A stretch of 64,000 nucleotides of DNA from Candidatus Woesearchaeota archaeon (GTDB lineage Archaea > Nanobdellota > Nanobdellia > Woesearchaeales > GCA-2686295), in NCBI GenBank assembly GCA_013202845.1, contig JABMPT010000008.1, positions 5,415 to 69,414 of the forward strand. The letters run 5' to 3'. The position numbers and the translations under genes were made by a program. Position 1 is the first letter of the stretch, and every line of letters starts with the position of its first letter. Positions 38,756 through 48,822 of this stretch are shown here, in pieces. The notes beneath the pieces were generated by a model that searched no databases, had not been told where the DNA came from, and saw only the letters and a list, made by a program, of their open reading frames with translations.

Positions 38756-40060
38756 TTATTGTTGAGTTGGATTAGTAACTCTTCCCATAAATAATATATT
38801 TCCAGTTCCTTTTTCTTGGATTATAAATATAAATGGATGGTCTGCTCTGAACACATTTCTTGGCATTGCAGCCATAGCTTCCATTACAACAGCGGTTGCT
38901 GCAGCAGCTTCTGTTCCTTTTTCATCAACTTTAACATAAGCTTGATGAATTACACTACTAATATATAGATTATTTGTTCTATCCATTCCAGAAAAATCAG
39001 CAGAGCTAGAAAATGCAGTTGGCATTCCCAAAGTACTCAGAGTATCTGCCATGAAATATTTTGTGTCAAATTCAAATTTAGGTAAATAGATAGAATCTAA
39101 TTTTGTTTCTGTCATTTGTGCTTTATATTCTTCAAGTTTTTCAGATGATAATTCAATATCTTCAAGTGTATAATCAGAAGTAATTACCTCGCCAGTTTCA
39201 CGATCGTAATCTTGTCCTTGTTTTGGCAATAAAATTAACATTGAAATCTTTTCGCCCTTGTATGGAAGTTCCAATATTTGCAGATCTTCTAAATCTGCGT
39301 AATTAAATCTTGCTTTGTCAGGATCCATATACATCATTGGCGTTTTTACGACATTTGTAGGCGTTATCTTGAAATCCTGTTCACGAGTATCGGATTTATC
39401 AAATTCCCATTCCCATGTTCCTTTAAAATAAATTGCATTTGTAAGAACCAACCTTGTCATTGAATTAAGAACTCCTGCTGGAATTAAATCTTTAATTTTA
39501 TTATTGGTTTGTTCTTCAATGAAGCTATTGATGGTTTGCCTTGATTTTTCTGTTTCTTGCTTAAAATCAAGATTAGCTACTTTACCACCATAGTATTTTT
39601 CTACTCTGCTTGTATAATCTTCAAGAAACTGATAATCATATTGAGCCCATAAAGCATTCCCAGTTCTTAATTCATAAGCTTTATTTCCCTGATTGATGTC
39701 ATTGTAAATTGCAGCAAAATTAGGTCTTAATATATTATTTTCAGGAAAATGAAAAACTGATTGCATTTCATCTGCTGTTTGTCCTTTTGCACCTTCATAG
39801 GTCATTGCTAAAGCAGCAGAGATGCTGTAAGGAGAATAGAAAATATTGCTATCTTCAGCTTTATTTAATTCTGAATAGAGTTCAAAAGCAAATTGATTAT
39901 TAGCGTTTACTACTTCCTGAATTCCTTGTTGTGTTGAACCAGTATCATCTGTTTGTGGAGGCTGGTCTGGTTGATAGGGGAAAAGAAACAATACTGCTGT
40001 AGCAGTTACAATAGTTACCATTAGAAGTGCTATTCCAATTGTTAAAATTTTTTTGTTCAT
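38756..40060 (-). CDS. serpin (serine protease inhibitor), secreted
   Basis: Signal peptide; C-terminal F.ADHPF.F.I....G..LF.GRV..P serpin signature. Confidence 0.8.
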   Translation of the reverse strand: MNKKILTIGIALLMVTIVTATAVLFLFPYQPDQPPQTDDTGSTQQGIQEVVNANNQFAFELYSELNKAEDSNIFYSPYSISAALAMTYEGAKGQTADEMQSVFHFPENNILRPNFAAIYNDINQGNKAYELRTGNALWAQYDYQFLEDYTSRVEKYYGGKVANLDFKQETEKSRQTINSFIEEQTNNKIKDLIPAGVLNSMTRLVLTNAIYFKGTWEWEFDKSDTREQDFKITPTNVVKTPMMYMDPDKARFNYADLEDLQILELPYKGEKISMLILLPKQGQDYDRETGEVITSDYTLEDIELSSEKLEEYKAQMTETKLDSIYLPKFEFDTKYFMADTLSTLGMPTAFSSSADFSGMDRTNNLYISSVIHQAYVKVDEKGTEAAAATAVVMEAMAAMPRNVFRADHPFIFIIQEKGTGNILFMGRVTNPTQQ

Positions 40061-40348
40061 ATAATAAAGTAATAAGTTAGATAGTATATAAATGTTTTTT
40101 TAGCTTCTATTTGATTTGAAGTTAGGGTGGGAAAAAATATTATTTTTATTAATCTCAAAAACGAAGTTTTTGACTATCTATCCCGAAGGGATGGCGACGA
40201 CAACCTCCTTTTAATAAATCTACACGACGATTGAATATGACATGGGGATTAATAGAATCTTCAACTGAAAGAATATTTCTGAAGATAAAATGTTCTTTAG
40301 ATTAAAATAATGAGTTAAGGTTGCCTTCCCTAACTCTTGAGAATAAAC

Positions 40349-40891
40349 TTATTTGTTTCCGTAATAGAAGATGTCTTCAATTCTTACATCATCAGAAGTG
40401 AAATGGCCCTGCTTTTCATAGTAGGGCTTTTCTTCTTTTCTTTCTTGGCTTTCGTGTTTTGCGGGTTTTTCTTCTTGGCCTTCTGGTTTTGCAGATGGTA
40501 GATCTTCTTGTTTTACAGATTCTTGGCTTTGCGGCTCTTCTTGAGGGGAAATAGTCGGACTAGGGCTTTCGGGCGGGGAGGGTTCGTTCCGGGACTGAAG
40601 TGCAGCTATGTTCGAGTTTAGCTCGTCTATCTGACCGTGAAGATTCACTATGTTTCTGGTCATCTCTTGCATTTTTGCGGTAGTCATCTCTTTAAATCGT
40701 TTGAAGCTGTTAGAAAGCTCGACAACAACTTCTTCTTCGCTAGTAAACACTCTACTCTCTTGTTGATCTTCTTCAGTCATAAGAATTTCTTTAGCTCCTT
40801 CTATTGCGTCCATGGTATTGTCAGAAAAACCGAACTTTTTTAGTTCTTGGGACATGGCGTTTATTTTTTCTACTCTTTGGACATCATCCAT
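40349..40891 (-). CDS. coiled-coil hypothetical protein
   Basis: Heptad-like central region; Pro/Glu-rich C-terminus. Confidence 0.35.
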   Translation of the reverse strand: MDDVQRVEKINAMSQELKKFGFSDNTMDAIEGAKEILMTEEDQQESRVFTSEEEVVVELSNSFKRFKEMTTAKMQEMTRNIVNLHGQIDELNSNIAALQSRNEPSPPESPSPTISPQEEPQSQESVKQEDLPSAKPEGQEEKPAKHESQERKEEKPYYEKQGHFTSDDVRIEDIFYYGNK

Positions 40892-40971
40892 CGGGAACTC
40901 AAGAGAATATTAACACTACACCTTTATAAACTTTTCTATACTAGACTACATATTTCATATACTAGTATGTC

Positions 40972-41679
40972 TTAATTTTTAATTTTATAGTATACTCTCC
41001 TGTTATTCTTTCCCTTGTTATCAGCCTTCAAGAACTCCAGTTCACCAATCTCAGAAGTGTTCTTGACATGGGTTCCACCGTCGGCCTGAGTATCGAAATC
41101 GCCAATCTCTACAATTCTCAAAGTATCAATGGCGGGAGGCAATGCGCCAGCCAGTTTTACAACAGAAGGGATACTTAAAGCTTCTTCACGAGGAAGAAAA
41201 TACCATTTCACCTCTAAATTCTTCTTTATTACGTCGTTAGCCTGCTTGATATACTCAACCATTTTCTCACGATCATAATCCTCCAAGCTAAAATCAATCC
41301 TCGTCTTGTCCAGACCTAATTGATTACCAGATATCAAAGCACCAGTTTCATTATGAATCAAAGTGCTCACAATATGCGCAGAAGTATGCATCCTCATCAA
41401 TTTATAGCGTCTCTCCCAGTCAATAACGCAGTGAACCTTGTCACCATCCTTCAAACCTTCTTTATCCACTTCATGGCTTATATCATCACCAAACTTGCCA
41501 ACAAAAACCACCTTGAACTCGTCATTATCTGTCTTCATAACACCTTCATCCCAAGGCTGACCCCCGGAATTAGGATAGAAACCAGTATTATCCAAAACAA
41601 TGAACTTGCCATTAGCCTTTTTTACAGAAGCATCAAACTCTTTCAAATAAGAATCATCCAAATACAAAGCATCTGCCAT
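40972..41679 (-). CDS. alaX: alanyl-tRNA editing protein AlaX (AlaRS editing-domain homolog)
   Basis: HTSAHIV...H and GGTHV zinc/editing motifs. Confidence 0.8.
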   Translation of the reverse strand: MADALYLDDSYLKEFDASVKKANGKFIVLDNTGFYPNSGGQPWDEGVMKTDNDEFKVVFVGKFGDDISHEVDKEGLKDGDKVHCVIDWERRYKLMRMHTSAHIVSTLIHNETGALISGNQLGLDKTRIDFSLEDYDREKMVEYIKQANDVIKKNLEVKWYFLPREEALSIPSVVKLAGALPPAIDTLRIVEIGDFDTQADGGTHVKNTSEIGELEFLKADNKGKNNRRVYYKIKN

Positions 41680-41734
41680 ATGATCACCCCAAAGAAAGTG
41701 TAAACATAGTATTATATAAGGATTCCCATTTCAT

Positions 41735-42655
41735 TCACTCGAATAAACCAGTGCTTAAATACCTTTCTCCAGTGTCGGGCAGTATCACTACAAGATTCTT
41801 ATCCTCCCCCTTGTTCTTAGCTACTTGCAGAGCTGCGTATACTGCTGCTCCTGAAGATATTCCTACTAGAATACCTTCTTCTTTAGCTATTCTCTGGGCA
41901 GTGTTTTTTGCATCCTCATCACTCACCTGGATGATTTTATCGTAAATGCTTGTATCAAGAATGCTAGGAACGAATCCTGCTCCTATACCCTGAATTTTAT
42001 GCTTGCCAGCTTTGCCTGCAGAAAGCATTGGAGATCCTTCAGGCTCAACAGCGTAGATCTTTATCCCAGGAAAAGCTTCTCGAAGAACTTTTCCAGCTCC
42101 AGTAATTGTACCACCAGTACCTATGCCTGCAACAAAATAATCTAGTCCAATATATTTGAACTCTTCAACTATTTCAGGACCAGTTGTTTTTTCATGAATC
42201 TCTGGGTTTGCAAGATTCTGAAATTGCTGAGGCATGAAATAATTATTTTCCTTTGCTAGTTTCTCAGCTCTTTTTATCGCGCCTGTCATTCCAGGACCTT
42301 CTTCTGGCTTCACCAAAACAAGTTCAGCGCCATAAGCTTTTAACATATCCCTTCTTTCTTTAGACATTGTTTCGGGCATAGTTAATATAAGCTTGTATCC
42401 TCTCTGTGCAGAAACGAATGCGAGTGCGATTCCTGTGTTACCAGATGTTGGTTCTATAATCGCATCTCCAGGTTTTAGAAGACCTTTTTTTTCCGCATCC
42501 AGTATCATGTTTAATCCTATGCGGTCCTTCACGCTACCGGCAGGGTTATAGTGTTCTAGCTTTCCCCATGTAGTTGCAGAGTCCTTGTCTGCCAACTTGT
42601 TCAACTTAATTATTGGTGTGTTTCCTACTAGTTCTGTTATGTTGTTTACTTTCAT
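41735..42655 (-). CDS. cysK: cysteine synthase / O-acetylserine sulfhydrylase
   Basis: SVKDRIG PLP-lysine motif, [11 protein letters not shown]. Confidence 0.85.
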   Translation of the reverse strand: MKVNNITELVGNTPIIKLNKLADKDSATTWGKLEHYNPAGSVKDRIGLNMILDAEKKGLLKPGDAIIEPTSGNTGIALAFVSAQRGYKLILTMPETMSKERRDMLKAYGAELVLVKPEEGPGMTGAIKRAEKLAKENNYFMPQQFQNLANPEIHEKTTGPEIVEEFKYIGLDYFVAGIGTGGTITGAGKVLREAFPGIKIYAVEPEGSPMLSAGKAGKHKIQGIGAGFVPSILDTSIYDKIIQVSDEDAKNTAQRIAKEEGILVGISSGAAVYAALQVAKNKGEDKNLVVILPDTGERYLSTGLFE

Positions 42656-43539
42656 TTTTTTCCTCCGTTTTGTTTTTTTTCTAATTGAGGGTGTTCTGAT
42701 ATGAATACTGTGGTGTTGTCAGGGATATCTTCTTGGACCCAAGAGTTCGCACCGATGCTTACATGGTTACCTATATTAACAGGTCCTAGAATTTTAGCAC
42801 CTACGCCTATCACTACATGATTTCCGATAGTTGGATGTCTTTTGTAATTCTTCCTCAGCTCTTGCTCTCCTTCTTTCTCGAAATGTAATGCTCCTAGAGT
42901 CACACTTTGATAAATTCTCACCCAATCTCCTATTTTGGTTGTTTCGCCTATCACTACTCCTGTACCATGGTCTATGAAGAAGTATTCTCCAATCTTCGCT
43001 CCAGGATGAATATCAATTCCAGTCATTGAGTGGATTTGCTCAGCAAGCTCTCTAGGATAAGATGGAACATTAAGCTCATATAGTTTATGCGCAATTCTGT
43101 GGATCATTATAGCACTAAAAGAAGGATATGACCTTATTATCTCAGTATAATTCCTGGCTGCAGGGTCTCCTTTATAGGAAGCCTCTATGTTTTTCTTCAA
43201 ACTCTCTCTGATAGAAGGTATTTGTCTTATAATCTTATCAACGGTTAATTTATTTTGTTCATTTTTCTCAAGATAAGAGCTTGTTCCCTCAAACAATACC
43301 TGCCCAAGCTCATTTATTTTTGCTTCAAGACCTTTCTTATTATCCTGCTTTGTTATTGAGCCATTATTCCAATAATTTGGAAACATCACTTCCCTTAATA
43401 ATCCCAGTTCTTCAAATACCTGATCCCTCTCCAGAAAATTTATATTTGTCCTTGTTATAAAAGGATTTTTGTCTTGTTTATATGATTCAAATAACCTATT
43501 GATTGCGTCTCCTTTGTATTCATACATTTTAACCCTCAT
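42652..43539 (-). CDS. cysE: serine O-acetyltransferase
   Basis: Left-handed beta-helix hexapeptide repeats (IHPGAKIG...[11 protein letters not shown]). 4-nt overlap with cysK. Confidence 0.8.
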   Translation of the reverse strand: MRVKMYEYKGDAINRLFESYKQDKNPFITRTNINFLERDQVFEELGLLREVMFPNYWNNGSITKQDNKKGLEAKINELGQVLFEGTSSYLEKNEQNKLTVDKIIRQIPSIRESLKKNIEASYKGDPAARNYTEIIRSYPSFSAIMIHRIAHKLYELNVPSYPRELAEQIHSMTGIDIHPGAKIGEYFFIDHGTGVVIGETTKIGDWVRIYQSVTLGALHFEKEGEQELRKNYKRHPTIGNHVVIGVGAKILGPVNIGNHVSIGANSWVQEDIPDNTTVFISEHPQLEKKQNGGKK

Positions 43540-43812
43540 GTTTTTTTTTAAATAGTAGAAAAATTATTATTCCAATCAACAAGTATGAGATTGGAAAAAA
43601 GACTGGTGAGTTGCCTAACAGCAACAACAGCAACAGCTACAGAAATTCTTACTTTTTATTCTTTGTTGCTTAAACATAGTTAATCTGGGTGATAGAAGAC
43701 ATATTTAAATTTTTCGATGTTAATATTTGTATCCAAAAACTTTATAAATAGTCTATATTTCCAACGACATGGTTTAGAGGTTCTGTAAACAACTTAAGTA
43801 TTAGGTGAAAAT

Positions 43813-44754
43813 ATGTTATTCGAAGTACCACAGAACGAATTGATTAAGAAAACAGCAGAAGAGCTGAAAAAGCTCATAGACATGCCTAGCTGGGGGCTTT
43901 TTGTAAAAACAGGCGCCCACAAGGAGAGACCGCCAGTGGAACGTGATTGGTGGTATATTAGAGCAGCAGCAGTTCTAAGAAAAGTATACTTACTAGGACC
44001 AATAGGTGTTTCTAAGTTAAGAACCAAGTATGGTGGAAAAAAGAACAGAGGAGTAAGGCCAGAGAAATTCTACAAAGGATCTGGAGCTATACTAAGGAAA
44101 GTACTCCAGCAACTAGAAGAAGCCCAACTAGTAAAACAAGCTGTAATCAAGAAGCACAAAGGAAGAGTCATAACCCCAAAAGGGATATCAGTTTTATTCT
44201 CAGCAGCAAAAAGCATAAGAGGCACTGTTGCAAAGAAAGCACCAAAGCCAGAAGTGAGAACACCAAATCCAAAAAAAGAGGAAAAGAAAGAACATCCTTT
44301 AGGAACAAAGAATTTGGCAGATTATAAAGAGAAAGCTCCAGAAGAAACTAAAAAAGAAACTGTGTCTGAGGAGAAGAAGCCAGAAGAGACAACAGAAACA
44401 AAAGTTTCAGACAAACCTAAGGAAGAAGTCAAAGAAGAAGCGAAGCATGAGGATAAGAAAGACAAAGCTGAAGCTATCTCAGAAACAAAAGTTTCTGAAC
44501 TGTCAGAAACGAAGTCTTCTGAGCATGATCAGAAATCTGAAAAACAAAGTTTTTCAGGTGCACAAAATTCACAAAATTTTGAGCAACCAAAGGTTTCAGA
44601 CAAACCTAAAAAAGAAGAGAAAAAGCCTGAAACCAGACCAAAAGAGAAACCAAAGGTTTCAGACAAACCTAAAGCTCCAAAAAAAGAAGAAACAACAACA
44701 GAATCAAAAAAAGATTCTGAGCCTCAGGCAAAGCCTGAGAAACCTAAAAAATAA
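43813..44754 (+). CDS. 30S ribosomal protein S19e with about 160-aa Lys/Glu-rich C-terminal extension
   Basis: The N-terminal 150 aa match the S19e family (LIDMPSWGLFVKTGAHKERPP...DWWYIRAA). The tail has KPK.EEKK repeats. Confidence 0.8.
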   Translation: MLFEVPQNELIKKTAEELKKLIDMPSWGLFVKTGAHKERPPVERDWWYIRAAAVLRKVYLLGPIGVSKLRTKYGGKKNRGVRPEKFYKGSGAILRKVLQQLEEAQLVKQAVIKKHKGRVITPKGISVLFSAAKSIRGTVAKKAPKPEVRTPNPKKEEKKEHPLGTKNLADYKEKAPEETKKETVSEEKKPEETTETKVSDKPKEEVKEEAKHEDKKDKAEAISETKVSELSETKSSEHDQKSEKQSFSGAQNSQNFEQPKVSDKPKKEEKKPETRPKEKPKVSDKPKAPKKEETTTESKKDSEPQAKPEKPKK

Positions 44755-44755
44755 A

Positions 44756-44929
44756 ATGGCAAGATTCATACATTTAAGCAGGAAATTGAGATTGGCTAAG
44801 AAGGGAAGAAGAGTCAGATGGGCTCCTTTCTGGACAGTGCCAAAGATATATGGGCGGGGAAGAAGAATCCACCCAGGTAGACACACAGCTGTCAAGAGGC
44901 ACTGGAGAAGAACCAAGACCAAGGCATAA
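44756..44929 (+). CDS. 50S ribosomal protein L39e
   Basis: 57 aa, ...RRIHPGRHTAVKRHWRRTKTKA (HWRRTK signature). The track's longer ORF 44447-44929 is an upstream frame extension. Confidence 0.8.
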   Translation: MARFIHLSRKLRLAKKGRRVRWAPFWTVPKIYGRGRRIHPGRHTAVKRHWRRTKTKA

Positions 44930-44934
44930 GGAAG

Positions 44935-45480
44935 ATGGCAGAAGAGAAAAAAAAAGAAAAAGAAGCTAAAGTAACTCTGGAAAGAGCATACAATGTTCCT
45001 TTGAGAAAGAAATGGCTAAAAGCGCCAAGGCACAAGAGATCCAAGAAAGCTGTAAAAGCATTGAAAGAATTTCTACAAAAACATATGAAATCAGATGATG
45101 TAAGACTAGGAATGTATGTTAATGAGTTTATCTGGAAGCACGGGATAAAGAACCCGCCGCACCATGTCAAGGTCAAAGCAGTCAAATATGACGACGGAGT
45201 CGTAAAAGCAGAGTTGGAAGGAAAAGACTTCAAGGGAGCAATCAAGATAAAGGCAAAAGAGGAGAAACCTACAGGGTTGAAGGGCAAGCTACAAGACGCT
45301 TTAGGAAAAAAAGAAGAAGAAACTCCTAAGGAAGAGGAGAAAAAAGAAGAAGCGCCTAAGGAAGAGAAAAAAGAAGAAAAGAAACCAACAAAGAAACCTG
45401 CAAAAAAGCCTGCTGCAAAGAAAAAACCAAAGACTAAGACTACTTCTAAATCAACAGCCAAGAAAAAGGCTAAAAAATAA
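44935..45480 (+). CDS. 50S ribosomal protein L31e with Lys-rich C-terminal extension
   Basis: The N-terminal 90 aa match L31e; the tail has EEKKE/KKPAKK repeats. Confidence 0.8.
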   Translation: MAEEKKKEKEAKVTLERAYNVPLRKKWLKAPRHKRSKKAVKALKEFLQKHMKSDDVRLGMYVNEFIWKHGIKNPPHHVKVKAVKYDDGVVKAELEGKDFKGAIKIKAKEEKPTGLKGKLQDALGKKEEETPKEEEKKEEAPKEEKKEEKKPTKKPAKKPAAKKKPKTKTTSKSTAKKKAKK

Positions 45481-45483
45481 TTT

Positions 45484-45795
45484 CTACTTAATTTCAGCAA
45501 GTATTTTCTTCAAACAGGTATCAAGAGCCACAAACAAGTTTCTGTCGACAACTTCAGAGGTTTTTGGCTTGCCTCCGGCAGTTAGCTTTCCATGTATCTC
45601 ATACTTCTGACTCTTGGGAGTCTTGTGAACACTTTTCATAGTCACTGTTAAGTTTTCAAAGTCCTTCAGAGAATCACTCATCTTTCTAGCGTATCTGCCA
45701 ACAAGCTTCTTAACTACAATCAATTCAGCGTGGTCTAAGTCCTTAAAACCTGCAAGGGTTATATTACCGCCTAGTTCTATTTCTTCGTCCCCCAT
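45484..45795 (-). CDS. hypothetical protein, possibly ribosome-associated (RaiA/S30Ae-like fold)
   Basis: Pattern I.I.G...(x)...V.L....H..E..L..GG....EV...NLFVALD resembles hibernation-factor topology. Start set to ATG at 45795. Confidence 0.3.
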   Translation of the reverse strand: MGDEEIELGGNITLAGFKDLDHAELIVVKKLVGRYARKMSDSLKDFENLTVTMKSVHKTPKSQKYEIHGKLTAGGKPKTSEVVDRNLFVALDTCLKKILAEIK

Positions 45796-45957
45796 GCTAA
45801 TTCTATGGATTGCTAGATTTATAAATCTTTTGTAAAGACTTTTCTCGACGAGAAAGAGAAAATATTGTAGACGACACAAATTCTTTTATTCTGATAGGAA
45901 TATTTTTGTCAAGAGGATTTATATATTAACATTGTAACCTCACTTTCTAGGGAAAAA

Positions 45958-46488
45958 ATGGTTATTGAATATATATTGTTAAGAAAAGATAAAAGGGATA
46001 ATTTGAGTAATTTCTTTGACTGGTATAGTGGTCTTGATACTGAAAATGTTGATGTACAGCAAGCTCTTGAAGGCAATCAAGACTTAAAAGAGATACTTCC
46101 TCATTATTTTCTTGTTCAGGATCTATTAGTTAAATTTGATATTAACCATAAAGATTTTGATACAAGACCTGTGTTAAGTTATCTAATATCTAAACAAATT
46201 GAATCTTTGCCAGATGTTAAATATGATGATGGTTCTGTTTTTGTAAGAGGAACTATACATTATGGATTGAGACTTTTGTCACAACAGATAGGGCTGCGTA
46301 ACATTGAAGAGTTGAATGGGGCCGAATTAGAACCTTCACATTTTCTTAATGACCAATTAGTTTCTTTAGTAGTTCAATATGATAATAAGGTTAATAGAAG
46401 TAGTGCAATATCTGATCTGCACCCCACTATTATGAATGGTACTGGTACAGAACAATTTAATGTGGATTTGTGTGATCTCTATGACTAA
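45958..46488 (+). CDS. hypothetical protein
   Basis: 176-aa ORF. Confidence 0.35.
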   Translation: MVIEYILLRKDKRDNLSNFFDWYSGLDTENVDVQQALEGNQDLKEILPHYFLVQDLLVKFDINHKDFDTRPVLSYLISKQIESLPDVKYDDGSVFVRGTIHYGLRLLSQQIGLRNIEELNGAELEPSHFLNDQLVSLVVQYDNKVNRSSAISDLHPTIMNGTGTEQFNVDLCDLYD

Positions 46489-46530
46489 AATGTTTACTAT
46501 TTCTTTAATGGAGAATGGAGGTAAGAAAGA

Positions 46531-47748
46531 ATGAAAAATGGAAGATACTTGTTTACAAGTGAAAGTGTAGGTGCAGGTCATCCGGATAAGATGTGTGATC
46601 AGATAAGCGACGCAATCTTAGATGCTGCATTGAAAGACGATCCTAATTCAAGGGTCGCTATAGAAACATTGACAAAAACCGGCTTTGTAGTGGTTGCCGG
46701 TGAATTGACAACAAAGACATATATCGACGTCCAGAAAGTTGTCAGGGATACAATCAGAGAGATTGGATATGATAATCCTGATTATGGATTCGATTGTGAT
46801 GGATGCGGAGTTTTGAATGCCATCTCAGAACAAAGTCCTGATATATCACAAGGAGTCACAACTGGAAAAGGTTTGCATAAAGAACAAGGTGCAGGAGATC
46901 AGGGATTGATGTTTGGGTATGCTTCTAATGAGACTCCTGAACTAATGCCTTTACCAATAGTTCTTGCTCATAAATTAGTAAAGAAATTAGAGATTGTCAG
47001 GAAATCTGGTAAGTTGAAATACTTAAGACCTGATACCAAGAGTCAGGTGACAGTTGAATATTATAATGGTCAGCCAAAAAAGGTTGATACAGTGGTAATT
47101 GCAACACAGCATTCACCAAAAGTCAAGCACAAGACAATATACAAGGATGTAATAAAGCATATCATTAAACCAGTATGTGGAAAATGGCTTGACAAAAAGA
47201 CAAATTACCATGTAAATTCAACTGGAGCATTTATTGTTGGAGGACCAGTAGCTGATGCAGGAGTTACAGGAAGAAAGATAATAGTCGATACCTATGGAGG
47301 ACACGGAAGCCATGGTGGAGGTTGTTTCTCAGGAAAGGACCCTTCAAAAGTTGACAGAAGTGCCAGTTATGCTGCCAGATACGTTGCAAAGAACGTTGTT
47401 GCGGCTGGATTGGCAGATAAATGCGAGGTTCAGCTAGCTTATGCAATTGGAGTTGCAAATCCAGTCTCTGTGTTGATACACACTTTCGGCACAAACAGAA
47501 TTCCTGAAGAGGAAATAAGCAAATTAGTTGTTAAGCATTTTCCATTGAAACCTGCTGAAATCATAAGCCATTTAAGACTGAAGAGACCTATCTTCAAGAA
47601 AACAGCTGCTTACGGACATTTTGGAAGGAATGACCCTGACTTTACATGGGAGAAACTGGACAAGGTGGAAATACTAAAGAAAGAAGCTGCAGGACACTTG
47701 GTTGAGTCAGAATTAAACGGAACAAAAGTTCCCTTGGATGGATACTAA
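46531..47748 (+). CDS. metK: S-adenosylmethionine synthetase, bacterial/eukaryotic-type (MetK)
   Basis: GHPDK, full-length MAT motifs; GGAGGT Shine-Dalgarno-like sequence upstream. Confidence 0.9.
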   Translation: MKNGRYLFTSESVGAGHPDKMCDQISDAILDAALKDDPNSRVAIETLTKTGFVVVAGELTTKTYIDVQKVVRDTIREIGYDNPDYGFDCDGCGVLNAISEQSPDISQGVTTGKGLHKEQGAGDQGLMFGYASNETPELMPLPIVLAHKLVKKLEIVRKSGKLKYLRPDTKSQVTVEYYNGQPKKVDTVVIATQHSPKVKHKTIYKDVIKHIIKPVCGKWLDKKTNYHVNSTGAFIVGGPVADAGVTGRKIIVDTYGGHGSHGGGCFSGKDPSKVDRSASYAARYVAKNVVAAGLADKCEVQLAYAIGVANPVSVLIHTFGTNRIPEEEISKLVVKHFPLKPAEIISHLRLKRPIFKKTAAYGHFGRNDPDFTWEKLDKVEILKKEAAGHLVESELNGTKVPLDGY

Positions 47749-47781
47749 ATCTTTTTATAATTCTTTTATTTTCTTTTTCCA

Positions 47782-48153
47782 ATGAACAATATTGTTGAAA
47801 AGAATCTTGAATTAATGACTACTCGAGGAGATGGTTCTATGGTAGACCTGATGATAGATGAGAGTCTGGGTGGAAATGCTCATATATGGAAAGATTATCC
47901 TTGTGGAGGAGCGAATTTTCGTTATGATCCAGAAACTGGAGAGATAAAATGTTTCGAAAATCTTCAGAATGTTCCTGAAGAATTTAAGGGATTTCCAGCT
48001 CATATACTTCGAATTGCTGTTAATCTAAAAGGCACTGATAATATAGGGTTCTATATAGTTAACTATTATCCTGAAGAGTTACCTATAACTGCTAGAGTGA
48101 ATTTGGAAAAAACAGTTAAACTTTACAATAAGAATCACGCTTTTAAACCATAA
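47782..48153 (+). CDS. hypothetical protein
   Basis: 123-aa ORF. Confidence 0.35.
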   Translation: MNNIVEKNLELMTTRGDGSMVDLMIDESLGGNAHIWKDYPCGGANFRYDPETGEIKCFENLQNVPEEFKGFPAHILRIAVNLKGTDNIGFYIVNYYPEELPITARVNLEKTVKLYNKNHAFKP

Positions 48154-48820
48154 CTTTATACTTCAATACTTCTCCTGCTTCTAAAATCTTATAATTTATT
48201 TTTTCTTGCTCGAATCTTCTCTTAACTTCATCAAAATCCACAGGATGTAATGGACTGTCTGCGTGCATTGGAATAGTTATTTTTGCCTCTACATCTTTTG
48301 CAAACTCTGCTGCCTCCCAAGGGCTCATTGTGACGCAGTGGTTTGAAACTGGCACTAACAAGACATCACATTTGTAGTTATGCTCAAAAGCTATGGAATC
48401 GCTTGTGTGGTATGCTCTTGTTTCACCATCGTCAACAATGTAACCAACGTTTTCATAGATAATTGCTCCTTTGCCTTTCATCCAAGGACCAACGCCGTGC
48501 ACTGCTTTTACTACCTCTACTTTTATGTCATCAAACTCTAAAACATCTCCTTCCTTGACAATCTCTGGAGAAAGTTCAGGATGCGCTTCTGCAGTTTCTT
48601 TTGTAGTGTAGAATTTTGTCTTTGGATTCTTAATAATCTCTTTTACAGCGTCATCATGGCAATGATCTGAATGTTTATGTGTGACTAGCAGGACATCTAT
48701 GTCTGCCCAGTCCTTTTCAAGCAACGAATCTTCATATTTTATTTTTCCAGGATCAACTAATATCCTTTTTCCTTTTGTTTCTATCAAAAAACAAGATTGC
48801 ACATACTTAGTTATCTTCAT
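48143..48820 (-). CDS. MBL-fold metallo-hydrolase
   Basis: LLVTHKHSDHCHD (H-x-H-x-D-H). Confidence 0.7.
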   Translation of the reverse strand: MKITKYVQSCFLIETKGKRILVDPGKIKYEDSLLEKDWADIDVLLVTHKHSDHCHDDAVKEIIKNPKTKFYTTKETAEAHPELSPEIVKEGDVLEFDDIKVEVVKAVHGVGPWMKGKGAIIYENVGYIVDDGETRAYHTSDSIAFEHNYKCDVLLVPVSNHCVTMSPWEAAEFAKDVEAKITIPMHADSPLHPVDFDEVKRRFEQEKINYKILEAGEVLKYKVMV

Positions 48821-48822
48821 TT

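Noticed and set aside
40141-40230. Local GC-rich patch (cccgaagggatggcgacgacaacctcc) in the intergenic region upstream of the serpin as a possible ncRNA
   Set aside because: I could find no second copy, convincing stem-loop or conserved motif, so it is left unannotated.
44447-44929. 160-aa ORF overlapping the S19e tail
   Set aside because: Only the last 58 codons (from ATG 44756) are a recognisable protein (L39e). The upstream part is an out-of-frame readthrough of the S19e lysine-rich repeats.
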